A stretch of DNA of 64,000 nt from Nitrosopumilus sp. (GTDB lineage Archaea > Thermoproteota > Nitrososphaeria > Nitrososphaerales > Nitrosopumilaceae): contig OY759726.1 of assembly GCA_963662625.1 (NCBI GenBank), forward strand, positions 288,001 through 352,000, given 5' to 3'. Both the position numbers and the translations under genes were made by a program. How positions within the stretch are numbered: position 1 is the stretch's first letter; the number at the start of each line of letters is the position of its first letter. Below the pieces are notes generated by a model, which saw nothing but the letters and a program-made list of their open reading frames with translations, did not search any database and was not told the DNA's origin. Below, piece by piece: positions 38,013 to 48,098 of the stretch.

Positions 38013-38641
38013 CTGTGTAGCTTCCTTGGATTTGAATTTATGAATCTTTGGATCCCGCGGCGGCGCGGCGGGCCCTGTCCGGGACGCGCGGCGGCGTGCG
38101 CATCGGCCCCGGCCCGTGACCCCGACCAACATGGTTTGTAATTGTTAGCCGGCCGGCGCCGTCCCCGGCGCGGACGCCATCCGCCGCGCCGCCGCGCATG
38201 CGCCCGCCGCCACAACCCGTCAGCCCCGCGGCCCCGGCCCGGATCCACGTCCGCCGCGCGGCGGGCGGCGGCGCGAAGGGGTTGCGCGCGGCGCGCCGCC
38301 GGCCCGGGCGGCACGTTTTTCACGCCAGCCTTTTGCGCGGCGCCTTTTTTGATCAGGGCCACGTGCCGGGCCGCCGCTTGCAGGCCGCACGCCCGGCCGG
38401 CGGCCGGCAACGGACACCGGCATGCGCCGCGACCTGGCCCGGAGCCGCCTCGACCGTGCTGCCCCGGTGCCTGAAGCCGAACCGCGCAACCGGCCGGCAA
38501 GTACAAGTTCAGGTCCACCCCGGATTCGTGTCTGGCCGGAGAATGTCTGCACTGGTTTTGTGCCTGCCGTATGCTTGGACCTGAGTATGTACGCCGTCAA
38601 GCACGGTATTTTTAAATAATGCGTTCTGATCTTTTCAGCCT

Positions 38642-39769
38642 ATGGTGGGAGTGGATCAGGTACTGGAAAAGCTCAGCACCGTGATTGACCCCGACTTGAA
38701 GAAGGACATCGTCTCGATGGGGATGATAAAGGACCTCGAGTTGGATGACGGTAACCTGAAGTTTACGCTGGAACTGACCACGCCGGCATGCCCGTTCAAC
38801 GTCGAGATCGAGGACGACGTACGGAAGGCGATAGGCGAGATCCAGGATCTCAAGAACTTCGACATGAACGTCACCGCCAAGGTGATGGAGGGGCGGTCAC
38901 TTGACGAGGACACCGGCATGGCCACGGTCAAGAACGTGATAGGCGTCGCAAGCGGCAAGGGCGGAGTCGGAAAATCCACCGTATCTCTGAACCTCGCGCT
39001 GGCACTGTCGCAGGCAGGCGCCAAGGTAGGGCTGCTCGACGCGGACATATACGGCCCCAGCATCCCGCTGATGCTGGGACTGAAGGAAGGGTACATGGAG
39101 GTGGAGGAAAACAAGCTGCAGCCGGCCGACTCGAACGGGATGAAGGTGGTCTCGTTCGGCTTTTTCGCGGAGCAGGCCCACCAGGCCGCGATCTACAGGG
39201 GCCCCATAATATCCGGGATCCTGAAGCAGTTCCTGGTGGACACGAACTGGTCCGACCTGGACTACCTCATAGTGGACCTCCCGCCGGGCACGGGCGACAT
39301 CCCGCTGACGCTCGCGCAGACGATCCCCATAACTGGAATCCTCGTGGTGACGACGCCGCAGGACGTCGCAAGCAACGTGGCGGTAAAGGCAATCGGCATG
39401 TTCGAGAAGCTCAACGTGCCGATACTCGGGGTCGTTGAAAACATGAGCCACTTTGTGTGCCCCAACTGTACCGAAAAACACCATGTCTTCGGCACGGGCG
39501 GCGCCAAGAAGATAAGCGAGAAGTTCGACATGCCGTTTCTGGGCGAAATCCCGCTGGCCCCCGGAATAATGTCCGGCTCGGACTCGGGCAAGCCGATCAT
39601 GATCTCCAGCCCCGATTCCCCGAGCGCCCGGGCATTCCGCGACAGCGCCAAGAACATAGCCGCGCAGTGCAGCATCCTGGCCGCAAAACTGCAGGAAGAG
39701 CTAGAGTCCGGGAATGCGGGCGACGGGCAAGGGCCCGGGCAGGCAGGCGACGGGCAGGCAGGCAGCTAG
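38642..39769 (+). CDS. mrp: Mrp/NBP35 Fe-S cluster carrier ATPase
   Basis: VASGKGGVGKST, DADIYGPS, DLPPGTGD and ENMS.F.CPNC motifs. Confidence 0.93.
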   Translation: MVGVDQVLEKLSTVIDPDLKKDIVSMGMIKDLELDDGNLKFTLELTTPACPFNVEIEDDVRKAIGEIQDLKNFDMNVTAKVMEGRSLDEDTGMATVKNVIGVASGKGGVGKSTVSLNLALALSQAGAKVGLLDADIYGPSIPLMLGLKEGYMEVEENKLQPADSNGMKVVSFGFFAEQAHQAAIYRGPIISGILKQFLVDTNWSDLDYLIVDLPPGTGDIPLTLAQTIPITGILVVTTPQDVASNVAVKAIGMFEKLNVPILGVVENMSHFVCPNCTEKHHVFGTGGAKKISEKFDMPFLGEIPLAPGIMSGSDSGKPIMISSPDSPSARAFRDSAKNIAAQCSILAAKLQEELESGNAGDGQGPGQAGDGQAGS

Positions 39770-39780
39770 AGCCGATTCCA

Positions 39781-40278
39781 GTGACCCTTTCTGATTCCCT
39801 CAGGGAAGAACTGAAAACCCCGCTGGGCGAGCTGGTGCCGGAAGGCCGGGTCAGCAGGGATGCCATAGCGCGGCTGATCCCCGAAGGCGCGTACGTCGTT
39901 TCCGTGGGCGACAGGACGACCGAGAGGATGATCGAGTTTGGCCTCGACCCGCCCTTGCAAATAATCGACAACCAGGAGAAGCGCAAAAAACGCGACGCGC
40001 TCGGCGCCGGGGGGGCGACTTCCCTCCTAGAATGCAGGAATCCGGCGGGGGAGATCACCGAGCAGGGAGTCGGTGCGGTAAGGGAGGCCTTCTCGCTGGA
40101 GGCCCCGGTGAGGATCACGGTGGACGGCGAGGAGGATCTCCTCGTGATCCCGGCCTGCGTCTACGCGCCGCCCAACTCCGTAGTGCTGTACGGCCAGCCC
40201 GACGAGGGGCTGGTCGTGGTGCGGGTCACCGCAGAAATTAGAAATAAGACCCGGGCCATACTTGACTCAATGAGGTGA
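39781..40278 (+). CDS. GTP-dependent dephospho-CoA kinase (DUF359)
   Basis: VSVGD.TT, NPAG.IT, VDGEEDLL and YGQPDEG motifs. Confidence 0.87.
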   Translation: MTLSDSLREELKTPLGELVPEGRVSRDAIARLIPEGAYVVSVGDRTTERMIEFGLDPPLQIIDNQEKRKKRDALGAGGATSLLECRNPAGEITEQGVGAVREAFSLEAPVRITVDGEEDLLVIPACVYAPPNSVVLYGQPDEGLVVVRVTAEIRNKTRAILDSMR

Positions 40279-40279
40279 A

Positions 40280-40334
40280 GGGTATGATGAGACGGTGGCT
40301 GTATGATCCGTGATTACACTAAAACCTCTGACCC
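40280..40334 (+). ncRNA. Candidate C/D-box guide sRNA
   Basis: GGG/CCC termini; C box ATGATGA, 12-nt guide, D' ATGA, C' GTGATTA, 11-nt guide, D box CTGA. Confidence 0.7.
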
Positions 40335-40479
40335 TGCTTCAAACCCTGCGGGGGCGCGGCGGCACCCCGGGGACGGCCTGGCACTCCGCGCGCGGGGAGC
40401 TGGCGGCAAACCAAAATGCACCAACTTTCGCACAACAATTGACAACCACAGATAAACGGCCGCCGCCTGATCCGTCCAT

Positions 40480-40842
40480 GTGAAGCTGGATCCCGACCTG
40501 CGGCTCGCGATCCTGGAGAAGGTCGGGATATACTCCTGCCGCTTTTCCATCCCAGAGCCGCACGTCCTGATGACCACCAGGGAGGTGCTTGGGATGCCGA
40601 AGGGGGTGACGGAAGGCAGAAGGACGTCCGCGTACAAGTACTACGGCGTGTCGTACCTCAACCACAACCTGGTGTTCATCAACGTCAGGAAGATCCCCGA
40701 CGAGAGGGCCCTGGAGAACACCATCGTCCACGAGCTGATCCACTTGCGGTTCCCGTACCTGTCCCACGGCAGGCGCTTCAACAGGCTTGTCAGGCAGGGG
40801 CTGCGGGGGAAGAAATTCCGGCCGTACAGAAAAAGGGGCTGA
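40480..40842 (+). CDS. Small HExxH metallopeptidase-like protein (SprT/DUF45-like)
   Basis: TIVHELIHLRFP..SHG.RF motif. Confidence 0.72.
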   Translation: MKLDPDLRLAILEKVGIYSCRFSIPEPHVLMTTREVLGMPKGVTEGRRTSAYKYYGVSYLNHNLVFINVRKIPDERALENTIVHELIHLRFPYLSHGRRFNRLVRQGLRGKKFRPYRKRG

Positions 40843-40893
40843 CGTTTTTCTCATTGATTTATATTTCCCAGCAAAAGGCATGCTGAGTGTAGT

Positions 40894-42933
40894 ATGAACC
40901 TCCAGGAACTGCTGCCTTTTGGGGCTGGCATCGCGGCTTTCATAGTTGCCGCGATCATGGTGGCCTGGATCTCAAAGCAGCCCAGCGGCACAAAAGAGAT
41001 GATGGAGATCTCAAACGCCGTCAGGGTGGGGGCCGCCGCGTTCCTGAAGCGCGAAATGAAGATCATCGTGCCCGTCGCGGTCGTCCTGGCCGTCATCATC
41101 GGGGTCTTCCTGCAGCCGTCAAACGGCATCGCCTTTGCGGTCGGCGCGGCGCTTTCCGCGGTGGCGGGGCTGATATCGCTCAAAATCACCGTAAAGGCAG
41201 CTGTCAGGGCGGCCAACCTGAGCAGCAGCGGCCTCGGGAAGACATTTGCCATGGCGTTCAGGGGCGGGGCCACCGTCGGCCTGGCAGTGCCTGCCATGGC
41301 GCTGCTCGCGATAACCGGGCTCTACCTGATCTACCCGGATCCAATCACCATCGCGGGGGTGGGCATCGGGGCCAGCCTCATCGCGCTGTTCATCAGGATC
41401 GGCGGCGGGATATTCACAAAGGCCGCGGACATGGGGGCCGATCTCGTGGGAAAGGTGGAGGCGAACATACCAGAGGACGATCCCCGCAATCCCGCAACCA
41501 TCGCGGACAACGTCGGCGACAACGTCGGCGACGCGGCGGGGATGGGATCCGACGTGTACGAGTCCTACATCGTGACGATACTCGCCTCCCTGCTCATCGT
41601 GGCGCTGATCGGCGCGCCCGAACTGTTCCTTTACCCCATACTGATCGGATCGTCCGGGATGATCGCGTCCATCGTGGGCGTCGCGACCATCGGCTCCAAG
41701 AACGTCACGGACGTCATGAAGCCCCTCAACCTCTCGTTTTACGTCTCTGCAGGCATAGCCATCGCCCTCAACTTCGCGTTCACCATGGTGTTCGTGGGGG
41801 ACTCGATCACCGCGTACGCGCTGTTTGGCACCACGGTGATAGGCGTAATACTGGTGCCCGTAATCCAAAAGATCACGGACAAGTACACCAACTACAAGTA
41901 CGGCCCGGTAAACGAGATCGCCGATTCCGCAAAGTGGGGCTACGCGTCGCTGACCCTGATGGGAATAATCAAGGGGCTGCAGTCCACGGGCCCGTTCATG
42001 ATCGCGCTGGTGGCCGCAATAATAATCTCGTTCGCAATATCGTCCTCCGCCGCCCCCGAGGGGGCGGACCCTGTCATATACGGGATATTCGGCACCTCGC
42101 TGACCGCCATGGCGATGCTGAGCCTTGCGGGCATCGTGCTCAGCATCGACGCGTTCGGGCCGATCGCGGACAACGCCGGGGGCATAGTCGAGATGACCGG
42201 GATGGGGGATGAGAACCGGAAGGTCACAGACGAGATCGACGCGGTCGGGAACACCACCAAGGCGGTCACCAAGGGGTTCGCGATCGCCAGCGCGGCCCTG
42301 GCGGCCCTGGCCATGATCCAGGCGTTCCAGTTCGAGGCGTCACACGTGTTCGCGGGCGTCCTTGAGATGAGCTACAGCCTGACGAACCCGTCGGTAATCG
42401 TCGGGCTGCTGGTGGGCGGCCTCGTGCCTTTCATCATCACGGGGCAGCTGATCAACGGCGTGTCGCGCGCGGCCGGCAAGATGGTCGACGAGGTCCGGAG
42501 GCAGTTCAAGGCGGATCCCGAGATCCTCACTGGCAAGTCCAAGCCCGACTATGCAAGGTGCGTGGACATCGCCACGGTGGCGTCGATCAAGGAGCTCTGG
42601 AAGTCCGCGATCATCGCGATCATCGCGCCGATCATCCTGGGCATCCTGCTCGGGCCCACCGCGGTGGCGGGGCTGCTCATGGGCTCGGTGGTGACGGGGA
42701 TATTCCTGGCGTACCACCTGGCTAACACCGGCGGCGCGTGGGACAACGCGAAGAAGCTGATGGAGATGAAGGGGAAGAAGGGCTCCGAGGAGCACAAGGT
42801 CGCGGTGGTGGGGGACATCATAGGCGACCCGTACAAGGACACCGCGGGGCCGGCGCTCAACACCGTGATCAAGCTGCTCAACACCATCGCGATCGTGTTC
42901 GCCCCGGCGTTCATCGCGATAATCGCGATCTAG
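40894..42933 (+). CDS. hppA: Membrane pyrophosphatase, K+-independent H+-PPase type
   Basis: DMGADLVGKVE, DNVGDNVGD and GDPYKDT motifs; GNTTKA carries the Lys determinant. Confidence 0.93.
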   Translation: MNLQELLPFGAGIAAFIVAAIMVAWISKQPSGTKEMMEISNAVRVGAAAFLKREMKIIVPVAVVLAVIIGVFLQPSNGIAFAVGAALSAVAGLISLKITVKAAVRAANLSSSGLGKTFAMAFRGGATVGLAVPAMALLAITGLYLIYPDPITIAGVGIGASLIALFIRIGGGIFTKAADMGADLVGKVEANIPEDDPRNPATIADNVGDNVGDAAGMGSDVYESYIVTILASLLIVALIGAPELFLYPILIGSSGMIASIVGVATIGSKNVTDVMKPLNLSFYVSAGIAIALNFAFTMVFVGDSITAYALFGTTVIGVILVPVIQKITDKYTNYKYGPVNEIADSAKWGYASLTLMGIIKGLQSTGPFMIALVAAIIISFAISSSAAPEGADPVIYGIFGTSLTAMAMLSLAGIVLSIDAFGPIADNAGGIVEMTGMGDENRKVTDEIDAVGNTTKAVTKGFAIASAALAALAMIQAFQFEASHVFAGVLEMSYSLTNPSVIVGLLVGGLVPFIITGQLINGVSRAAGKMVDEVRRQFKADPEILTGKSKPDYARCVDIATVASIKELWKSAIIAIIAPIILGILLGPTAVAGLLMGSVVTGIFLAYHLANTGGAWDNAKKLMEMKGKKGSEEHKVAVVGDIIGDPYKDTAGPALNTVIKLLNTIAIVFAPAFIAIIAI

Positions 42934-43109
42934 CCGTCCGTCGTCCGGGTCATGTCAAGCTCGTCTATCTGGGCCTGTATCGCCCTCTTCAGGGTGTCGC
43001 CGTGCCTATCGCAGAACCTGAAATAGCCGTCGACCGTCTGGAAGCACCCGCAGATCCACCCTGTCTCCTTGTCGCCCTCCACGGTCCACCTCGAGTACCT
43101 GTTCTCCAT
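42930..43109 (-). CDS. Small hypothetical Cys/His protein (59 aa)
   Basis: MENRYSRWTVEGDKETGWICGC...FCDRH; TATA-like tract upstream. Confidence 0.65.
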   Translation of the reverse strand: MENRYSRWTVEGDKETGWICGCFQTVDGYFRFCDRHGDTLKRAIQAQIDELDMTRTTDG

Positions 43110-43165
43110 GCACCCGGTGCGCGCAGGATCCAATATAGATTTTGTATAAAAAAAATAAAAGGCGT

Positions 43166-43423
43166 TTAAGGACAGCCTTCCATCTTCTGGATGAAGTATC
43201 CTTTCTCCTTGATCGCCTGCTCTACGGGCTCTGGGGCGCCCTGGGAATGGCAGAACTGGCATTCGTTGGCAGTTATGGTGGCGTTCCCCTCGCCGATTGA
43301 CTCCAGCCACTCCTTGCCGTACGCTATGGCCTTCTCGTGGTTCTTCTCCTCGGTGATCACGTCAAAGTGCATGGTGTGCCCGTCTGCGGCCTTGACGTAA
43401 CTGTCGTATACGTGGATTTCCAT
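43166..43423 (-). CDS. DUF2024 family protein
   Basis: HVYDSYV..DG..MHFDV and ECQFCHS motifs. Confidence 0.85.
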   Translation of the reverse strand: MEIHVYDSYVKAADGHTMHFDVITEEKNHEKAIAYGKEWLESIGEGNATITANECQFCHSQGAPEPVEQAIKEKGYFIQKMEGCP

Positions 43424-43471
43424 GCTACCCCTAAAAGCAAGGGATATTTAATTCAAAGATCTACCCCCCGC

Positions 43472-43858
43472 ATGGGGAGCCGGGTCAGCGTCGACGTTCC
43501 AGGGCACGGTTCCATCCTCCTGGAACTGGGCGGAGGCGACTCGCCCAGGACCGCGGGGGAGCTCGTCCGGAGGCTCCCGTTCAAGGCCACGCTGCACGTG
43601 TGGGGGGAGGAGATCTACTCGTCAGAGTCCCCCGTCCGCATGCCGGAGGAGGGCGCGAGGCAGGCGGTGCAAAAAAACGACGTCGCCTACTGGCCCGCCG
43701 GCAGGGCGGTGTGCCTGTTCTACGGCCCCACGCCGCTCGGGGGCCGGGGGGAGATCGTCCCGGCGTCGCCCGTCAACGTCATCGGGACGATCCTGGATCC
43801 CGACAAGGGCGTGCTGGGCGTCGCCGAGGGGAAGGCCGCCGAGTTCAGGCAGTGCTGA
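43472..43858 (+). CDS. Cyclophilin-like fold protein (TM1367/DUF369-like)
   Basis: WGEEIY, DVAYWPAG.AVCLFYGPTP and PASPVN.IG motifs. Confidence 0.85.
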   Translation: MGSRVSVDVPGHGSILLELGGGDSPRTAGELVRRLPFKATLHVWGEEIYSSESPVRMPEEGARQAVQKNDVAYWPAGRAVCLFYGPTPLGGRGEIVPASPVNVIGTILDPDKGVLGVAEGKAAEFRQC

Positions 43859-44273
43859 CCCCGGCCACCTCGACCTCCGCCATCTCGCCGTCCAGGACGA
43901 ACGCCCTGAAGCACCCGTCGATCCCGGAATATATCACCCACACTACGGGGTTGCCCCGCATGAACCTGGCGTCGGTGTCTGACGGGTACGCCGCGGAGTC
44001 TGGGTGGGAGTGGAAGATCCCCACCACGCCGACCCCCTTCCTCTCGGCCTCCTCGTACGCCCGTATCAGCTGCCCGTTGGGGATGGCAAACCTGCGCGGG
44101 GACCTCTCGGAGTTCTCGGCCAGCACCACCTCCGAGACCGTGGCGTCGCCGCCGTCCACGCTTCCTAGCAGCAGCGCGCACGACTCGTTCGGCATGCATC
44201 CCCGCGCATGGTCTGCAAGGGCCTTCCCCTGCCGTTCCGTCAGTATTATCCTTCGCAAGCCTGCATACTGCAC
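43845..44273 (-). CDS. JAMM/MPN+ metalloprotease
   Basis: PNESCALLLG and GIFHSHP...AYPS.TD motifs. Confidence 0.9.
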   Translation of the reverse strand: MQYAGLRRIILTERQGKALADHARGCMPNESCALLLGSVDGGDATVSEVVLAENSERSPRRFAIPNGQLIRAYEEAERKGVGVVGIFHSHPDSAAYPSDTDARFMRGNPVVWVIYSGIDGCFRAFVLDGEMAEVEVAGVSTA

Positions 44274-44330
44274 CTGCTCCCGTTTTGTTAACCTATCTGC
44301 GCAGGCGCGGCCGCGCCCCCGCCGGGGCGC

Positions 44331-45194
44331 CTACCCGCCGCTCGCGGCTTCCGCGCCCTCCGGCACGGCAGTGGCGACCGGCGCCGCCTCCGCTTCCGGC
44401 TCCACGACGACCAGGGTCGCGACCATCCACGGGTGGACGGCGCACACGTACTCGTACTCGCCCAACTCGAGGGTGCCCGTGTCCAGGCTGAAGACCTCGC
44501 CCCCGTCAAACAGGTTGGAGTTGAATATCTGCCCAAAAGAGTCGCCCGTGTTGGTCACCGTGTGGGGGAGGTTGTCCTCGTTCGTCCATTCGGCGGCGTA
44601 CCCTTGGGGGACTACGGCCCTGTCGGGCTCGTAGTCGGGCTGTCCCTGCTCTGCCGAGCCTGCCAGCACCCTGATTGCGTACGTGGGCCCCGCCGGCTCC
44701 AAGTCCTCCGGCTCTTCCACCTCCACGACCTGCTCCTGCACCATGTAGGTGTCGGGACTGACGAAGCCGAACGCGATCCACACTATGATGCCAGTCGCCC
44801 CCGCCAGCGCCGTGATGGATCCGACCGGCTTTAGGTACTGCGGCATCTTCGCCGCCACGTACGCGATCATGATCGCCGGAAATGCTATCGCCATCAGGAT
44901 TCCTGCCAGCGTCGCCGTAAAGTCCGACGTGTTCAGCGTGAACGCGAACATCCCGAACCCGAGCCCGATCGAGATGATGACCAGCGTGGTGGCCTTTGCC
45001 TTGTTGCTGGTGGAGATCCCGCCGTCCAGGATCCCGACTGCCAGGAAGATCAGCCCGATAAACATGGTGAGGCCCGTCAGGGCGTGCATCCCGTCTATGA
45101 AGGTATGCGCAATGCCTGTATAGGATATGACCACGCCTGCCAGGCCTATGGCCGTCAGCCCCATGCCCGGCATCATGAGATCCCAGTTGCTCAT
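44331..45194 (-). CDS. Multi-pass membrane protein with C-terminal cupredoxin
   Basis: About five TM helices, then WTNED..PHTVT and YVCAVHPWM. Confidence 0.85.
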   Translation of the reverse strand: MSNWDLMMPGMGLTAIGLAGVVISYTGIAHTFIDGMHALTGLTMFIGLIFLAVGILDGGISTSNKAKATTLVIISIGLGFGMFAFTLNTSDFTATLAGILMAIAFPAIMIAYVAAKMPQYLKPVGSITALAGATGIIVWIAFGFVSPDTYMVQEQVVEVEEPEDLEPAGPTYAIRVLAGSAEQGQPDYEPDRAVVPQGYAAEWTNEDNLPHTVTNTGDSFGQIFNSNLFDGGEVFSLDTGTLELGEYEYVCAVHPWMVATLVVVEPEAEAAPVATAVPEGAEAASGG

Positions 45195-45338
45195 CCATGC
45201 TAGCTGGTAGGAGTGTGATACTTATTCCTTTTGAAATCGCCGGGACCGCGCGCCGCGCCTTGCGCCATCCCGGGGGGCCGCGCGCTCCGGCCGGGCATCC
45301 CACTTGGTGCCGCCACAAGACGCGCAAAAATGGGTTTT

Positions 45339-46295
45339 TCAGCACTTGGCCATGGACGGCCTCAGGGTAATCCTGAGCCTGTACATGCCGAGGATCTCCT
45401 TGCACCTGTTCCTGATCGTGACCTCGGTGACCCCCGCGATGCTGGAGACGTCCCTCTGCAGGATGCTCTGCCCTAGCAGGACGGACGCCACGTACAGGTA
45501 TGCCGCGGCGATGCCGTTGGGGGCCTTGCCGTCGGTGATGCTGCTGTCCTTCGTCTTCTCGGCGATCTCCAGGGCCAGCCTCCCCACCCTGACCTCGGTC
45601 TGGGTCATGTTGGCTATCTTCGAGATGTACTTGTCCATGGTCACCACCGGGGCTGCGGGCCTCCCCGTCTCCATGACTATGGTCCTGTAGTATTTCGCGG
45701 CAAGCTTCGTCTTTGACTTTACGTCCTTCGGGGCGCATATCTCCCTGCAGATCTCCTCGAGGGATCTCACCACGGAGCACTGCTTGCACGCCATGTAGAT
45801 CATGGCGGCGGTGATGCTGGTCACCGACTTGCCCTTCACGTCCACGTGACCGTCCAGGTTCCTGTACGCCATGGAGGCGGTCTCCAGGACGTTCTTTGAG
45901 AGGTTGAGGTTGTCGCACGCCTCGCCCATCTTGGACAGGACGTTGGCAAGCCTCCTGTCCCTCGACGAGGAGACGCGCACCCTCTTTTGCCACTTTCTGA
46001 GGTTGTTCATCTGGCTCGCGACCTGGTGGTTGATCACCTTCCCGCTAAAGTCCTTGGAGCCGATTGATATCTCGGTGGTTATTCCCAGGTCGTGCTGCGA
46101 GTACGTCGTCTGGCCGGTGGCCCTCGCAAGCCTCATCTTGTCTTCCAGGCTGGAGCTCTTCGTCTCCGGCCCGTAGTCCACGATCTGGTCCGCGACGACC
46201 ACGCCGCAGCCGGAGCAGATTATCTCGCCGTTCTGGACGTCGTCGACTAGCGACGCCTTGCATTCGGGGCAGTTCTGCCTTTCCATCACGTTCAT
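45339..46295 (-). CDS. tfb: Transcription initiation factor TFB
   Basis: CPEC...GEIICSGCG zinc ribbon, cyclin repeats and GVTEVTIRNR. Confidence 0.94.
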   Translation of the reverse strand: MNVMERQNCPECKASLVDDVQNGEIICSGCGVVVADQIVDYGPETKSSSLEDKMRLARATGQTTYSQHDLGITTEISIGSKDFSGKVINHQVASQMNNLRKWQKRVRVSSSRDRRLANVLSKMGEACDNLNLSKNVLETASMAYRNLDGHVDVKGKSVTSITAAMIYMACKQCSVVRSLEEICREICAPKDVKSKTKLAAKYYRTIVMETGRPAAPVVTMDKYISKIANMTQTEVRVGRLALEIAEKTKDSSITDGKAPNGIAAAYLYVASVLLGQSILQRDVSSIAGVTEVTIRNRCKEILGMYRLRITLRPSMAKC

Positions 46296-46561
46296 TTCTT
46301 CCTTCTCCCAGCCTTCTTCTGCGCGCCCGCGGGAGCCCGCCCCGCCGCAAAGACGCTCTTCCCCACGTACCTCTTGATGTTGTTGGTGAGCGGCGCTGCT
46401 GACGCAAACGGCCTCCTTACCGGGCCTATCAGTTCTACTACCTTCGCTACCTTCGTGCCGTTCTCGTCGCAGAGGACCTGTCCTTCAGCCGCCTTGTCAG
46501 ACAGCTGAATGATCACTCTGCCGCTGCCGGCCAGGTGCATCACTTCGCCTACCTCCTGCAA
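46292..46561 (-). CDS. gar1: H/ACA RNP protein Gar1
   Basis: VAKVVELIGPVRRPF motif; conserved gar1-tfb neighbourhood. Confidence 0.82.
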   Translation of the reverse strand: MQEVGEVMHLAGSGRVIIQLSDKAAEGQVLCDENGTKVAKVVELIGPVRRPFASAAPLTNNIKRYVGKSVFAAGRAPAGAQKKAGRRKK

Positions 46562-46695
46562 TTACTGACCGTAACCACCGCGTTGCTTTCATAACCTTCT
46601 GTCAACTTTACTTTATCTAAGAGCTAGGATTGTGCGAGCAGCCGCCCGGAGCGGGGCCGGGGCCGGCGCGGGCGCGCGTTCCCGGGGCCGGCAGG

Positions 46696-46995
46696 TCACT
46701 TTGCCTGCTTGGGCCTCCTTGCGACCAGCCTCTCCGAAATCTTTCGGAGGATCCTCGTCTTGGGGGGGCCCTTTGGCAAGACGACGTACCCGGACCTCAC
46801 GTACGCCCTCCTGGGATGCCTGACTTTCTCGTCTGACTCGGTCACCTCGAAGCCGGCAGACCGCGCGGCGTCCACGAGCTCCTTCAGGGACGGATCGAAG
46901 ACGCACGCTTCCTTCCCAAGCCTCCTGCCCTTGGACCTTGGCAGGGTCTTGTTGAAATAATCCAGCCAGATTACGACGTGCTCGTAATCCTTCAT
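46696..46995 (-). CDS. srp19: Signal recognition particle protein SRP19
   Basis: VIWLDYFNKTLPRSKGRR and HPR...SGYV motifs. Confidence 0.9.
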   Translation of the reverse strand: MKDYEHVVIWLDYFNKTLPRSKGRRLGKEACVFDPSLKELVDAARSAGFEVTESDEKVRHPRRAYVRSGYVVLPKGPPKTRILRKISERLVARRPKQAK

Positions 46996-46996
46996 G

Positions 46997-47377
46997 TCAG
47001 CCTACCAGGACCGCGTTGACAATCCCGGTCTGGCCGGGCTTGGAGACGACCCTGCACTTGCCCTCCTGCGTCTCCAGTATCGCGCCCTTCGTGATGATGC
47101 CCCTCCTCTGGTAGTCGTTGTTCGTGGCGTTCTCCAGGACCTTCAGGATCTTCGTCTTCTTCACCTTCGAGTCGCCCGTAGCCAGGTTGACAAAGTCCAC
47201 CGTCTTCAGCGCCGTCTTCCTGTTCTTTCCCCTCACGTTCCTCGTGACCGTGACCTGGGCCCCCGTCACGGCCTCGTTGGGGTACCTGTCGATCTCGTAC
47301 TTTCTCCTGATCCTCAGCGGGTGCCTCCTCCCGCCCGTGGTCTTGCTCGTGGCCAGGTTCTCTACGGATTTTTTCAC
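46997..47377 (-). CDS. rps8e: 30S ribosomal protein S8e
   Basis: VRGKNRK, RRGIITKGAI and SKPGQTGIVNAVL motifs. Confidence 0.94.
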   Translation of the reverse strand: MKKSVENLATSKTTGGRRHPLRIRRKYEIDRYPNEAVTGAQVTVTRNVRGKNRKTALKTVDFVNLATGDSKVKKTKILKVLENATNNDYQRRGIITKGAILETQEGKCRVVSKPGQTGIVNAVLVG

Positions 47378-47509
47378 GATGGTGGTGGGGCCCACTCTAA
47401 TTTATACAAAACGCAGAAGCTGCGGCGCGCGCCAGTCCCCACGCCGCAGGCGCGCGAACCGCGCCCGGCCCCCGGGCGCAGACCCGGCGCGTGCCTGGCG
47501 GCGCAGGGG

Positions 47510-48082
47510 CTACGCCCCGGCGCCCCGGGATTCCCCGCCCGCGCCGGACGCCTTTGCGGCCTTCCTGACCTTGGAAAACAGCCTCTGCCTCAGGCTGTCG
47601 ACGTCGCCCTGGATGCCGAAATATTTCTGGAACTTTTCCGTGGTGCTGTAGATCTTCAGCCTTCCGACGTTCTGGTGGCTGACAAAATCCAGCTGCCGCA
47701 GTTCCTTCAGGTGCGCGTACACCCCCGAGCCCCTGGTCTCCACCAGCTGCTTTGACGAGATGGGCTGCTGGTACGCTATGTACGACAGGGTCTTGAGCGT
47801 GGCCCTTGGCAGGATCGGCTTTGACGCGTACCTCCTCACGGTGGCGCTGTACTCCGGCTTTAGCTGAAACACGTACGAGCCGTCCGGGAGCGTGACTACC
47901 TCCAGCGCTACGAATGCCGACTTGGACTTTTTCATGATGGCGTCGAGGATTGCGTGGGTCCTCGTGCGAGACTCCGTGCCCGACGCCCTTATCAGCTCTT
48001 CTATCTTCAGGGGCCTGCCGGCCGAGTACAGGGCGGCCTCTACCCGCCCAGTGGCCTCCTTGACGTCCTCGATCCTTGCCAA
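47510..48082 (-). CDS. scpB: SMC-Scp complex subunit ScpB
   Basis: VEAALYSAGRPL, TLSYIAYQQPI and YSTTEKFQKYFG motifs. Confidence 0.92.
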   Translation of the reverse strand: MARIEDVKEATGRVEAALYSAGRPLKIEELIRASGTESRTRTHAILDAIMKKSKSAFVALEVVTLPDGSYVFQLKPEYSATVRRYASKPILPRATLKTLSYIAYQQPISSKQLVETRGSGVYAHLKELRQLDFVSHQNVGRLKIYSTTEKFQKYFGIQGDVDSLRQRLFSKVRKAAKASGAGGESRGAGA

Positions 48083-48098
48083 CTGCCGACCGCCCCGG

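Noticed and set aside
38050-38500. ORFs in very GC-rich spacers (also 13800-14090, 33820-34080, 49950-50160, 51660-51830, 53170-53330)
   Set aside because: No recognisable motifs; best explained as eroded non-functional DNA.
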